Assembly: GCA_051362555.1 (NCBI GenBank) | Contig: CM120642.1 | Location: 24,180,001-24,244,000, forward strand | Direction: 5' to 3' | DNA length: 64,000 nucleotides | Source of the DNA: Lingula anatina | Lineage: Eukaryota; Animalia; Brachiopoda | Shown: one piece after another, positions 26,063 to 39,300 of the stretch | Layout: every line of letters begins with the position of its first letter | How positions within the stretch are numbered: the stretch's first letter is position 1 | The notes under the pieces: generated by a model | Told to the model about the DNA's origin: nothing | What the model saw: only the letters and a program-made list of their open reading frames with translations | Database searches by the model: none | Translations under genes and position numbers: made by a program

Positions 26063-26281
26063 CTTAATTGTCACGGTGAAACCATCAGTTGATGCCAGGT
26101 TGGCAACTGGCTCCATCTCTGTATTGGAAGTGGTTGATGGTATATATTCAATATTTCTTATCTGTTGTTGCCTCTTGTTCTCAAACACCCTTGACTGGAC
26201 CTTGTATGTCCACAACAGCAAGTCAAAGAAAACTACGCTACAGAAGGCAGTGAAACACACCCATAACTTCATCAACGCCAT
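26063..26281 (-). pseudogene. Orphan first-coding-exon-like fragment of a type II membrane protein
   Basis: MALMKLWVCFTAFCSVVFFDLLLWTYKVQSRVFENKRQQQ...TVTIK followed by a GTACGT donor-like site; no downstream exons identified in the window. Confidence 0.35.
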
Positions 26282-26818
26282 GACCTATTTTTGCCTTTCA
26301 GGAAGCAAAACGGTTATTCTGACTGCCACTTTCAAGGGACATGGGAACAGATGAAAGTAGCAGTGATAAAAGCTGAAAGAGAAGTGAGTCAGTGTGCGAG
26401 CTGAGGATTGTTCCAACGCAAGCTTCTAATGAAAGGTGGGTACAAGTACCATTGGGCAAGTACCAGTATAACACGATAAAAACAGAGTTCTGAAGAGTTA
26501 AATTAAAATAAAAGGCCTTGTATCGTCCTCTTTTTTTCTGTTCAGGTTATTTAATGCCGAGCTATAGCATTATTTTTTGTAAGTAGATTTAGGTAGATTT
26601 CAGATCCATCGACCGACCTTTCAACATGTTAACAATAATGTCGAAGAATCCTGTGACAGAATTGAATATGACCGCATTCACAACAGCGAATTTTATGATA
26701 CTGCACACACACGCGCGCGCGCGAGCACACACACACGCTTACCCATCCACGCATATCAAGCTTTCAAGTGGGTCAACCATCTGTTAGACCGCTATTGTGA
26801 ATGCAGTCATGGTATGAA

Positions 26819-26851
<33 letters not shown>

Positions 26852-27317
26852 CACGTGTGTGTGGTTTCATACAATTAGTTTCTATTAGATTTGAAACATA
26901 AACTTCTGATATTTGTAGACTTTAAAAACTGCGAACAGAGCTCTTATAATGAAGTGTGATATTCAGAAAAAGAATTTCGTGAGATACTTTTTAAAAGGCA
27001 ATCGGTTGTCTTTGAGTCCATTTTTAAAGGTAAATGAGAAATCAAATTATCGCGCTAAAACTGATTTTCTTATTTTACTCACTTCAAATTTTATAACAAT
27101 ATGTACAAAATCGTATACTTTATTGTATATATTGTATTATTAATAAATTAACAATTCTTGAACTAACTAAAGTAGCTTTCTGAAATAATACATTAAGATT
27201 CACTAAATTTAAAATGTCTAAGATACCTATGATTAAATACTTTAAACACATAATGTAAATAAAAAAGATATACTGGAAATTTGAATAGGAAAGATTCTTG
27301 TTGAGAAAAAATAATCT

Positions 27318-30300
27318 TTATGTTTCATAGCGCGGAAGAGTGCGAGTGCTTAAAAGAACGACTTTGCTTTTTCTTCGATTCTTTTTCTTATTTAAAGTAT
27401 CCTGTATGTAACTGTTCGTGTTTCTGTTAGACGCATTGCTTGCACTTGGAGACGCAGACGTTAGATCAGCCGCACCCTCTGCGTGGTTTAACTCATCAAT
27501 ATTCAAAATGTTCACCACATCAGCCGGCAAAGTGGGTGCCATCTGAATCTGCCCAAAGGTCGACCCCACCGCCAAAATCGAAAAGTTCTCGATTTTGTTT
27601 TCATCGTGTGACGTTACGGGTCCCTGAGAGGAATTCAGTCCGTTTTGAGCGTCAAACGTGCTACTTTTAAAGCGGTTGTCCCCTGCCGTAAATAAGCCGG
27701 CTTCGGCGCCGCTCGGTTCATGTGGCTGATTTCTTTCAATCACTTGCATAGAGGTCTGAGCTTTCCGTGACTTATGTACCTTTAACAAAATATTGATAAT
27801 TGATTACATATCAATGGATAACATATTAATAATCAGGTCATCCATCCCCCTCCCCCCCCCCCCCCCCCCCCAAAAAAAAAGCGAATCTACAACAGTCGTC
27901 ATTTTAATCAGTATCAAAAAGGGTAATATAGTATTTAAAATCAATTTTAATCAAAAGCAACGGCTGGTCGGTTACAATGTTTAATAATCATTGTTTTTAA
28001 TTTTTCCGAAAAAATAATTATGACAAAATTTATCTACCACTAGTAACACAAGATATTAAGAAACTGTTAAATTGAACATACGCGTCTTTAGGCTCCTAAT
28101 TACGGAAAGGCTTTCCTCATTTTCCAGAAAAGTGGATGAAATCTCTATTTGTTCCGAGACCAACGAGGAACATCTTTGTATAACAGGAATTTCATCGTTG
28201 TCATCTGTCTCAGTTCTGGTCGCAGAAGTTGGAAGTGTCGAAGGCAAGGACTTCTGCTTCTTTTGTTTTCCATTCTTCCAATTCAATTTCTTGCCGTTTG
28301 TTACTTTCTTACATACTTCTGATGGATCATAGTTGGACAAAGGGGGGAATTCAGTTTCTGACTGAATTTTTGGAACATCTGGAGAATGATCCCCCAAACC
28401 AATCTCCTTCCTGACTGTTGAGCCCGGCTTCAGTTGCTTTTCAAGCCTAGGCTTTCGTCGGCCAACACTGGTCTTTGGTTGCCTGTCTGGTGGTTCACCA
28501 ATTAATCGAGTTTGGAACTTGCCCTTCATCACCTATTTAAATAATTATATTTTTATCATGCATTTTTATATTTAAAAAAGTATAAGCTTATGCTAAAAAC
28601 AAAAGTTGGTCTGAATTTGAAAATAAAATAACCTATTTACAAGGTACAGGTACATTACCTAGCGCCCTTCACTTTGTATTTTGATTTTTACCTCATTTAT
28701 CTGCGTACATTTATGTTCATGTTAAGCCTGTTTTTTATTTTATTTTTTACCTTTTTTGTGGGGCTGGTTGTAATCTGCTTTTCTTTGGAGAGATGCAAGG
28801 CCACTGAGGCATCTCGACTCATCGTGCATTTTGATGTCTGTGCACTTTCCAGGACTGGGCCCATCAGTAATATGCTGGGGTCCATGCTGTTTAAAGCCTG
28901 CATGTTTTGGTCTGATACCTGAGCATTGTCTGTGGAATTCTCTCTAATCAAGAGGATGCTCGGGTCGACTCCCATAAGGAACTTTGACGGGGAGTCACAT
29001 TTTTGTTGATTTTGTTGCTTTTCACAAAACGAATTTGCATCGTTTTCTGTCTGCTCATCTGTTGAGCTGTTTTTAAAATCTTCTTCTTGGCCGGTTTTGA
29101 TGGAGCCACTATTTGTCATGTCTGCCATTTTCATCTCATGATGTTCTTGGTCTGTGTTGGTACGTACTGCCTTCTTGGCCTATTTTGAAAAAAATTGATA
29201 AAAAATAAATATTATAAAAATGTATTATACTGATTAATATTAATTTAACACTTGAATAATCAAAGTTCATATTGAATTTTCAGAAACCTTTTGATAAAAA
29301 ATAATAGGTTCTTTTAAGAGTTGAGTAGATACAAGAAAATGTGTTGTAAGTTTACATTTAGAGTCAAGTACATGCATGTAAAACGAAAGTCGTATGAAAA
29401 AAAATAAATAAAACAAAGCATTTGTCGTTGGTAAAATCCTCACGTACTTCTATTGGATCATACTTGGACAAGGGAGGGAATTCAATTTCTGAATGAATTT
29501 GTGGGACTACTGGAGAATGATCCCCCACACCAATCTCCTTCCTGTCTTTTGAGGTCATCTGTTTTTCAATCCTAGGCTTTCGTTGGCCAGCATTGGTCTT
29601 ACGTTGCCCGTGTGGTGGTTTACCAGATACTTTTGTCTGGCCTTTGCCTTTCACCTGGTTTAAGAAATAATAATTAATGACATAATAATAAATTAATGAT
29701 ATAATAATTAATAATTATAACAAATACTATTAAGCAATGCTAATAAAAGATAAAGATGTAACAGCTGCAAAACTGTTAAAATAAATTTTTGTTGTTTAAT
29801 TCCTAGAGTACTTATGGAAATGCCTACCTCTTTTTTAAGTTTCTTGTCGTTGGTCTTTGTTGTTAAATCGGGCTCTAGCCTCTTCGATGCCACGAATTTG
29901 TATTTTGGCTGGCTCGATCTCCCGTTTTTCTTATTCAATTTCTTGCTATTTGCTACTTCTTGATGTACTTCTGATGGATCATCCTTGGACAAGGGAGGGA
30001 AGTCAGTTTCTGACTGAATTTGTGGGACTACTGGAGAATGGTCCCCCATACCAATCTCCTTCCTGTCTTTTGAGCTTGCCTTCAGCTGCTTTTCACACCA
30101 AGGCATTAGTCCACCAGCATTGGTCTTACGACGCCCGAATGGTGGTTTACCAGTTACTTCCATTTGGCACTTGCCCTTTAATTGCAATAAGAAATAAAAA
30201 ATAAAAAAGTGTCCAGTCCCAACACAGTGTCGATAATATTAGCTCAGGCTCATGATTGTACAAAAATAGGGATATTTTCTTTTCTTTTCTTTTTTTTTTA

Positions 30301-33300
30301 CCTTGGTAAATATTTCTTAAGATAATTTTCTGGGGCTTTAACTAGACACTTATGCTCATTCATATGCATTAACAATTTAGATTTAATTTTCACAATTTCT
30401 CCTTACTTTTTCATCTTTTCTGTCTCCAGTGTTGATTATTTTTCTGCAAGTTGAGTTGCAATTCCTGATGACTAGGCTTAGATGCCTTAACATCCTCATC
30501 TGAATTAAGGGCTGTATAAAGAAACATATAAAAGTAATTGTCTATCTGCTATATATCAAAGCTCACTTGAAAAATGGGACAATATGCTTATACACCAAAG
30601 CCATCGCTGAATATCATTCCACCTAAACAGTTTAGTTCTAGTCTCAATTTTATGAAAACTATACCTCTTACATGAATCCTGTAGCCTTCTGCTTTCTAAT
30701 CCCAATAAAGTGGCCAGTGCTTATCACAGGTAAAACTTTGGTCTTATTGCGGCATTGCATTATTATGTTATGATATTCTATGAGCATTCTTATCCAATTT
30801 GGCATAGTAGTCCAGGAATTACTTTTTTGAGTCTACATATATGAACACTTACTTTTGTTAACATTGCTGTATGCATTTCCTTGATGTACATCATTGCCAG
30901 TGGATGGACCTGTATTAAGAGTTGCATCACTTCTGTCATAAATATATTTCGTATAGTAGCCATAAATATATATCTTATAGTTTTGATATAAGCTGTAAAA
31001 TATGTTTTTAGTTTATTGTTTATGATATCAAATTGCTAAGATTTTTTTTTTTATAATCTTTGGACAAATTCATCTTTTCATTTATGATTATAACATAGAT
31101 TACCAAAAACATACCTCTACTCGGGCAGTCCGAGGTTGATTAATCTTGACAATATTTCTGTCCCCCAATTTGCGTAATAGGTCAACTTGAACATGGGGCT
31201 TCAGTTAAAAAAAGTAAAAAGTAAGGTTTTCATACATCTGTGGATATAAAAAAAAAAGAGGAGGCTGCAGGTAAATCTTTTAGCTTCCCAACTTCACCTA
31301 TCTTTCTCAACTTAAAATTCATTGAAATCAGAACCACAGCAATTGCTACATTTCCCTTGAATGGAAAGTCAGAGCAATTTAGATTTATTTGCAATAAAAA
31401 TAAAGCGAATGTTCTGATCTTGCCAAGATATCTGATCAATTATGAAATTCTGTGACAACAACATTAGGCATATACCCTGTATCTCCATGAATTAAGAAAA
31501 GTGGGTTTGTCAAGCACCCAAAATAAAAATGACATTCTCTAGCACTCACCTGTCTCAACACGACCGCACGTGAATGTAACTGCTTTGCTTCAGTCTCTTG
31601 CACAGAGGTCTGGCCTTTCTGTGTCCTTTGTACCTTTCAAAATCATAATAATAATAATTGAATGATTTTATATGGTCAAGTTCAAGATAAGTTTAAAAGG
31701 AACACAATTAAATTGGCCTAATTACAACAACGGTCTCCTTAAACAGCATTTAAAACATGCAGCACAGTAGCCAATGACAATTTTACGATAATGTTCAACA
31801 TCAACCCTTGATTGGTTACAATATTGATTGATTTTTTGTTTTCTACACAACCAATTACAAAATGTATCAACCATTACTAATAAAAAGATTTTAAAAAAGG
31901 TGAAATTAACATAAGTATCATGTGTTTAATACCAATGGTAATGTTTACCTCATTTTCCCAAAAAGTGGGTGTTTTCAAGGCCAACGTTTCTATAACTGAA
32001 ATTTCATCTTTGTCATCTGTCTCAGCTGTGGTTGCCAGAGTTGGAAGTGTTGGAGGCAAGGATTTCTGCACCTTTTGTTTTCCATTCTTCACATTCAGTT
32101 TCTTGCTGTTTGTTACTTCTTTATGTACTTCTGATGGACCATATTTGGACAAGGGAGGGAATTCAGTTTCTGACTGAATATTTAGGACTACTGGAGAATG
32201 ATCCACCACTCCAACCTCCTTTCTGTCTGTTGAGCTCGCCTTCAGCTGTTTTTCGATCCTAGGCTTTTGTTGGCCACCATTGGTCTTAAGTTGCTCAGAT
32301 GTTGGTTTACCAATTACTTGAGTTTGATACTTGCCCTTCTTTACCTATTTAGATAATCATATTTTGATAATGCATTTTTTATATTAAGATAAAGTTTAAG
32401 ATATGTTAAAACAAAGGTCTGTCTAATTAAATGTTGAAAAAAATGGTGTATTTTTATTTATAATGTACAAAACCTTTGTATTTTTTATTTTACCTTTTTT
32501 ATAGGGCTGGTTGTAATCTGCTTTTCTTTGCAGAGATGCGATACCACTGAGGCATCTCGGCTCATCGTGCTTTCTGATGTCTGTGCACTTTCCAGGACTG
32601 GGCCCATCAGTAATATGCTGGGGTCCATGCTGTTTAACGCCTGCATGTTTTGGCCTGATACCTGAGCATTGTCGGTGGAATTCTGTCTAATCAAAAGGAT
32701 GCTCGGGTCGACTCCCATGAGAAACTTTGACAGGGAGTCAGATTTCTGTTGAAATCGTAGTGTCTCAGAAAAAGAATTTGCATTCTTTCCTGTCTGCTCA
32801 TCTGTTAAGCTGTATTTGACAACTTCTTTTCCTTTGTCCTTCACCTGTTTTAAGAAATAATTATAAAATAAAGAAATGAATAAAAGGAATCAAAATGCCA
32901 CTCTTCAACTTTTTCTGTTGCCTGTCTGGTTGTTTGCCAATTACTTGAGTTGAGAACTTGCCCTTCACCTGTATCAAAATATATTTATATGATAATATAT
33001 TATTCAGACACTTTTAAATTAAAAAAAAAAAAACATTTTCATTTTTTACCTGATCAGTTAACATAATAAAAGAAATGAAGTGTCATATTTACCACATATG
33101 TACAACAAAGATCATATGAAAAAAACAAAATAAAGCATTTTTTTATTGTAACCTTCTTACGTACTTCTGATGGCTCATACTTGGACAAGGGAGGGAATTC
33201 AGTCTCTGACTGAATGTCTGGGACTACTGGAGAATGACCCACCACACCAAACTCCTTCCTGCCTGTTGAAATTACCCTAAGCTGCTTTTCAACCCAAGGC

Positions 33301-36300
33301 TTTTGTTGGCCAGCATTGGTCTTAAGTTGCCCGTCAGGTGGTTTACCAATAACTTCTGTTTGGACTTTGTCCTTTACCTGCTTTAAGAAATCATAATAAA
33401 ATCAATGATTAAAATGAAAAAATAAAAAACGCAACTCTTCAACATTTTGTTACCCGTCTGAACTTTTGCCAGTTACTTTACTTAGCTTATTGCCCTTCAC
33501 TTGTACCAATACAGTAATATATTATTCAGACATTTTTAATCAAGAAAATTTTCCTTTTTCACCTGATCAGTTAACACAAAAAAAGATTATAAAGTGTCAT
33601 ATTCAGCATATATGTAGAACAAAGATCATATGAAAAAACATAAAGCAAAGCATTTGTCGGTTGTAACTTTTTTACGTACTTCTAATGGGTCATACTTGGA
33701 CAAGGGAGGGAATTCAGTTTCTGACTGAATATTTGGAACTACTGGAGAATGATCCCCCACACCAATCTCCTTCCTGTCTGTTGAACTTGTCTTTGACTGC
33801 TTTTTGAACCTAGGCTTTTGTTGTCCATCTTTGGTCTTTAGATGACTGTCTGGTGGTTTACAAATTTCTTTAGTTTGGCCTTTGCCTTTCACCTGCTGTA
33901 ATTAAGAAATAATAATCAAATAAATGGGTATTATGAAACAAAAACAGTTATATATTATTCAGAAATTTAAAATGAAGAAAAATTATCAAAACTTGAAAAT
34001 GTGATCAGCTTCTATTTAAAAGAAAAAAGTGTCATATTCACCATATTCATGTATTCAGAATGAAGATCACATGAAAAACATAAAACAAAGCATTTGAACT
34101 TTGTGACTTTTATACTTACTTCTGATGGAACACACTTTGGCAAGGGAGGGAATTCAGTTTCTGACTGAATATTTGGGACTACAGGAGAATGATCCCCCAC
34201 ACCAATCTCCTTCCCATCTGTTGAGGCTGCTTTCAACTGCTTCTCAAACTTAGGCTTTCGTTGGCCAGCATTGGTCTTATGGTGCCTGTCTCGTGGTTTA
34301 CCAATTACTTCTGTGTGGCATTTGCCCTTCACCTGTTTTAGGAAATAAAAATTAAAAAGATTAATAAAATTTTTTTATGTTGTCTGTTTGGTTGTTTACC
34401 AAGTACATGGTTTGGGAACTTGCACCTTCCCCTGTATCAAAAACTGTTATATATTATTCAGACATTAAAAAAAAAATTCTGTCAAAAATTATAATATGAC
34501 CAATTACAAAATTTATCCATCACATGTAATATAAGCCAAAGATGTAACAGTTGCAAAACTGCCAAAATCATATTTAGATCGTTTGATTCCTACTTACCAA
34601 AATTTCCACCTTTTTGTTGTCAATGTTAGTTGTAAAATCAGGCTCTGGCTCCTTATGAACTTGCTTTTCAACATTTTGTGCCATGAATTTGTTCTTGGGC
34701 ATGCTTGATCTCCTCGGTACAACATCAGGCTCCTTTTGTTTTTCTTTCTTCCCTTTCAGTTTCTTCTGCTTAAGGAAATAATAATTAAATAGATAATATT
34801 AATGAATTAAAATGCCAATTTGTAACATTCTGAGTAGCCTGTCTCATTGTTTACCAATTGCTCCAGCTTGAATGCTGTCTGTATCAAAACAGTAATATAT
34901 TATTCAGACAATTTAAATCAAGAAAAGGTATTATTATTATGTTTAAAACCTGATCGGTTAACATTATAAAAAAAGCTTACCATATACACTTCATGTAGTA
35001 TAGTTGCTGTCTCTTTTTAATTTCTTCTTTTTTTTACTTATTTTATTCCATTTCATTTAATGATTATGGATATCTCACCTTGTTTTTGATTTTGTTCATG
35101 AGTTTGGCTGTGAACCTCTTTTCACTTAGGAGACGTGCAGCCACTGACTTCATTGTGGATTCAAATGTCTCCTCACTACAGCCTGGTCCCATCAGTGAAA
35201 TGCTGGAGTTGACATTCTGTTCAATACACCCACCAGTTGAGTTTTCTTTGGGATGCTTAAAATATATATCATTGTCACAGTAAATGGTTTTGTAAAGTAA
35301 AGTAAATCAATACTCAGTAATCGATATATACAATATGAGTAAGAATATTTTTCTAAAGTGCCCTGTCCATACACACAACTTTTACGAAGTGTCAACAATA
35401 TACATGTATACTCAGACTCCTAATTAAACAAAAGATAGTGCTTTTTTCTTTTCATTTTCATTTTTTTTTTCTTGATAACAAAAGCTCTAATCAAACAGCG
35501 ATTCACTTATGACCGTCTACGCATTTAAAATTTAGATTTAAGTTTCAAAAAGCCCACTTACTTTATCACCCTTTTTGTCTTCAGTCTTGATAATTTCTAT
35601 GCAGGTTGGGCTGTTATTCCTGATCTTGACCAGGCTTAGATGCCTCAGCATTCCCATCTGAATTATGGGCTGTATAAAAACACACAAAGTAAATGTCTAT
35701 GCTATGTATAAGAACATGCTTCACAAACAAAAACAAAGACAGAGGGATAGAGAGAGTGCTAATGTCCAATAACATTAGCTGAATAATCAGACTTTCATTT
35801 CAGCGAAACATTTAGTGCCATATACCCAATTTTGTGAAGCTGTTCCTCTTATTTTCAACTATAGCCCCCTGCCCTCCACTTCCAAAAGAGTTAGCCATTA
35901 CAGAAAAAATGTCCAGTTCTTAATATCAGTAGAACTTTCGGCCTTATTGCCACATTGCACTAAATATTATATTATATTATATTATATTATATTATATTAT
36001 ATTATATTATATTATATTATAATCTCAGAGCCCTTAAATCCCACTTGGCATAGTCGTCTAGAAATTACTGTTATGCAGTTTAGGTTTGCATACATGAATA
36101 CCTACTTTGGTCAACATGGCTGAATGCATTTCGTTGATGTACATCATTGCCAGTGGATGGACCTGCAGTGAAAGAGTCATGTCACTTCTGTCATAAATAT
36201 ACCTGTAGTTTTGGCATACACTGTAAAATATGCTATCAGTTCTTTATTTCTCAAAACAAATTGCTCAGGTGTTTTTATCTTTAGACAACTACATGTTTTA

Positions 36301-39300
36301 ATTTATGATCATAATTTTGGTTATTTCCAACATACCTCTACTCTGGCAGTCTGAGGTAGATTAATCTTTACCATATTTCTGTCTCCCAGTTCACGTAATT
36401 TGGCAACATGAATGTGGGGCTACAATTTAAAAAAAAGAAGTAAAAACTAAGGTTATCATACAACTGTGGATGCAAAAAAGAAAAAAAGAAAGTGGAACGC
36501 TGCAGGTAAATATTACAGCACCCAACTTCACCTATCTTTCTCAGCTTAGAATCCATGGAAATCAGAACCTTAGCAATCGTTACATACATCAAGTTATAAT
36601 GGACAGTCAGTACAATTTAGATTTATATGCAATAAAAATGAAGCGAATGTTCTGATCTTGCCAAGATTTCTGATCAATTATGAAATTCTTGGACAAATAC
36701 ATTAGGTGTATACCCTGTATCTACATGAAGTAAATAGCTGAATGATACTTAATTGTACCTTTTTCTTCAACTATAGAACCCAATATGGTTTTCAAAATAA
36801 ACAAAGGAATGACCAAACAAAGGTCACCCATGGCCGGTGTGACAGAAATGTTAGTCTTAGGAACAAAATTCTGGGGTGCCATGTGATTAGCACAGATTAG
36901 GATTGGTTGGAGTATTGGGGTTAGTATTCGGGACGAATGGGACCAGTTCTAAGCAATACTACTAATGGGGAATGGACCACGGTTCCTAACAGAATAGTTA
37001 CCATTCCTGTTCCACCAGTGCTCCCTTTCAAAATACATGTATATTCATATGCTACACCTAAGAAAAGCAGGTTTGTGAAGCGCCCAATAAAAAATGGCAT
37101 TCTCTAGTACTTACCCGTCTCAACACGACCGCACGTTCATGTAACTGCTTTGCTTCAGTCTCTTGCACAGAGGTCTGGCCTTTCTTTGTCCTTTGTACCT
37201 TTTACGAAAACAGATAATTGATTGATTTTTTATGATCAAGTTCGTAATAAGTTCAAAAGGAACAAAATTAAATTGGCAAAATTACAACAACAGTCTCTTT
37301 AACCAGCATCAAAAACACCATAGTCAAGATCAAAATTAATGTTCAACATCAACCACTGATCCCTTACAAATTATACAATCAATTACAAAATATATCAACC
37401 ATTACAAAAAGAAGATTTTTAAAAATGGTTAAATTAACATAAGTATCGTTTGTTTCATACAAATGGCAATGTTTACCTCATTTTCCAGAAAAGTGGGTGT
37501 TTCCAAGGCCAATGTATCTATAACTGAAATTTCATCTTTGTCATCAGTCTCAATTCTGGTCAAAGGAGATGGAGGTGTCAAAGGCAATGACCTCTGCATC
37601 TTTTGTTTTCCATTCTTCAAATTCAGTTTCTTGCTGTTTGTTACCTCTTTACGTACTTCTGATGGGTCACACTTGGACAAGGGAGGGAATTCATTTTCTG
37701 ACTGAATGTCTGGGACTACTGGAGAATGATCCACCACACCAATCTCCTTCCTGTCTGTTGTTCTTGCCTTTGCCTGTTTTACAATCCTAGGCTTTAGTTT
37801 GCCACCATTGGTCTTAAGTTGCTCAGATGCTGGTTTACCAATTACTTCAGTTTGAAACTTGCCCTTCTTTACCTATTTAGATAAACATATTTTGATAATG
37901 CATTTTTATTTTAAGATAAAGTTTAAGATATGTTAAAACAAAGTTCTGTCTAATTAAATGTTGAAAAAAAAAGCCTTTTTTATTTATAATGTAACAAAAC
38001 TTGCACCCTTCAATTTCTATTTTGAATTTTTACCATTCTATCTATTTATGTTCACATTAAACCCATATTTTTTTTTAGAAATTTATTTGCTGGTTTATTT
38101 ATTTATTTTTTACTTTGTTTTTACCTTTTCTTTTGGGCTGATTGTGATCTCCTTTTCTTTGCAAAGATGGGAGACCACTGAGGCAGCTTGGGTCATCGCG
38201 CATTCACATGTCTGTGCGCTTTCTAGGAAACGCGCACCACAGACTGGGCCCATCAGTAATATGCTGGGGTCCATGCTGCTTAACACCTGCATGTTTTGGT
38301 CTGATACCTGAGCATTGTTGGTGGAATTCTGTCTAATCAAGAGGATGCTCGGGTCGACTCCCATGAGAAACTTTGACGGGGAGTCAGATTTCTGTTGAAA
38401 CTGTGGTTCTTTGGTAAAAGAATTTGCATTCTTTTCTGTCTGCTTGTCAGTTAAACTGCACTTGACATCTTCTTTTCCTTTGTCATTCACCTTCTGTAAT
38501 AAATAATTATAAAATAGAGAAATAAATAAAATGAGTCAAAATGCCACTTTCCAATTTTTTCTTTTGCCCGTCTGGTTGTTTGCCAATTACCTGAGTTGAG
38601 AACTAGCCACTCACGCATCAAAATGGTAATATATTATTCTGACACTTTTAAATTTTAACCTTTTTTAAACATCAGGTAACATAATAAAAGAATATGAAGT
38701 GTAATATTTACCATATATATTTGTAGAATAAAGGTCATATGAAAAAGCAAAATAAAGCATTAACTTTGGTGATTGTATCCTTCTTACGTACTTCTGATGG
38801 CTTATACTTGGACAAGGGAGGGAATTCAGTTTCTGACTGAATGTCTGGAACTACTGGAGAATGATCCACAACACCAATCTCCTTTCCTTCCTGGCCAGCA
38901 TTGGTCTTAAGTTGCCCATCAGGTGGTTTACCAATTACTGCAGTTTGAACTTTGTCCTTCACCTGCTTTAAGAAATAATGATAAAATGAATAAAGATGCC
39001 ACTCTTCAACATTTTCTGTTACCTGTCCTGATTGTTTGTCGGTTACTTGGCTTAGCTTATTTCCCTTCAATCGTAACAATGCAAGTGAACACATAAATCA
39101 AGAAAAATATTATTTTCTTTTTTAACCTGATTAGTTGACATAATAAATGTGTCATATTAATATACATTTGGAATAAAGATCACATAAAACACATAAAGCA
39201 TTTGTTGTTTGTAACTTTTTATTTACGTACTTCTGTTGGCTCATGCTTGGACAAGGGAGGGAATTCAGTATGTGACTGAATATTTGGAACCACTGGAGAA

